NCBI GenBank assembly: GCA_010093815.1
Contig: ML996566.1
From: Pseudovirgaria hyperparasitica
Taxonomy: Eukaryota
DNA: 64,000 nt
Reading direction: 5' to 3' (one strand)
Part shown: piece after piece, positions 63,487 through 64,000 of the stretch
How positions within the stretch are numbered: the first letter of the stretch is position 1
Layout: each line of letters starts with the position of its first letter
Program-made: the position numbers and the translations under genes
Notes under the pieces: generated by a model
What the model saw: only the letters and a program-made list of their open reading frames with translations
The model's database searches: none
Told to the model about the DNA's origin: nothing

Positions 63487-64000
63487 CTACAAGCCAGCAG
63501 CATACATAAGCCCATACCCCAAACTGACCACAACGGCAAACGTGAGCAGCGAACTGGGCACGCCGCGCGTAATAAAGTGTTTGACCTGCAGGTAGCGCTG
63601 GCCCGTCTGGGGGTCTTCCATCATGATGGCGGCTATATTTGAGAACATTTGTATTAGCAATCTGTCTTGATGTTTCACATTGGGGCAAGGGTCCACTTAC
63701 TCATGTTCGGAAAGCCACTTGTCGGCAGGCCCATGGCGGCGCTGCACATGAGCACGCTGGCCATGACGAGCAGACGCGGGTGCGGCTCGTCCATGTTCGC
63801 GCCGACCTCGGCGACGAGCGGGAGCACAATCAGGGCCGCAACGGTATGGCTGATGAAGGTAGCGACGACGAGGATGAGGGCGGCGAAGACGAGCATGACG
63901 GCGTAGAGGCCGAGGCCATCGGTGCGGTCGGTGATGGCGTTTGCAATGGCGTGCAGGAGGCCCGAGGAGTTTACGGCTTTGCCGAGGGCGAGGCCGCCGG
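63487..64000 (-). CDS. Low-affinity phosphate transporter (Pho87/90/91, DASS family), 3' part
   Basis: GGLALGKAVNSSGLL, ATFISHTVAALIVLPLV, CSAAMGLPTSGFPNM|TAIMMED..GQRYL. Intron 63633-63700. Confidence 0.93.

Noticed and set aside
1..64000. Intact transposon, Starship captain, tRNA or rRNA genes
   Set aside because: No transposase, RT, integrase or tyrosine recombinase motifs, no TIR/LTR pairs, and no cloverleaf or rRNA signatures were recognised by eye.

Overview
Eukaryotic, intron-containing DNA from a filamentous ascomycete. Introns are mostly short (about 50-60 nt) GT-AG with CTRAC/CTAAT branch points. A Dothideomycete is plausible from the tandem niaD-niiA layout, but that is inference. 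About 25 protein-coding genes or gene fragments can be supported. From left to right: 3' end of a class V/VII-type chitin synthase, CTK2-like cyclin, DSC3, a Dabb-barrel gene missed by the ORF track, ISA1, and nitrite and nitrate reductases in tandem with no transporter. Next comes an accessory-looking block: RIP-like relic, F-box gene, an atypical HSPA12-like Hsp70 head-to-head with a coiled-coil protein whose C-terminus resembles a GrpE head, and two orphans. Then RPS8, ATP5, CNL2/NKP2, EAF3, a Pth11-like membrane protein, an FAD-dependent oxidoreductase spanning an 80-N gap, BTN1, NRK1, a NACHT (NLR-like) gene broken by one in-frame TAA, two more orphans (one nucleotidyltransferase-like), RXT3, FBP26 and the 3' end of a PHO87/90/91-type transporter. 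The most interesting candidate system is the divergent atypical-Hsp70 / GrpE-like pair at 20.4-24.9 kb. Other notable signals are the nonsense-interrupted NLR, recurrent C-rich to G-rich strand-skew switches, a CCAAT-N12-ATT (HapX:CBC-type) site upstream of ISA1, and a sharp change from compact to microsatellite-rich intergenic DNA at about 34.4 kb. All calls are by eye; no searches were run.
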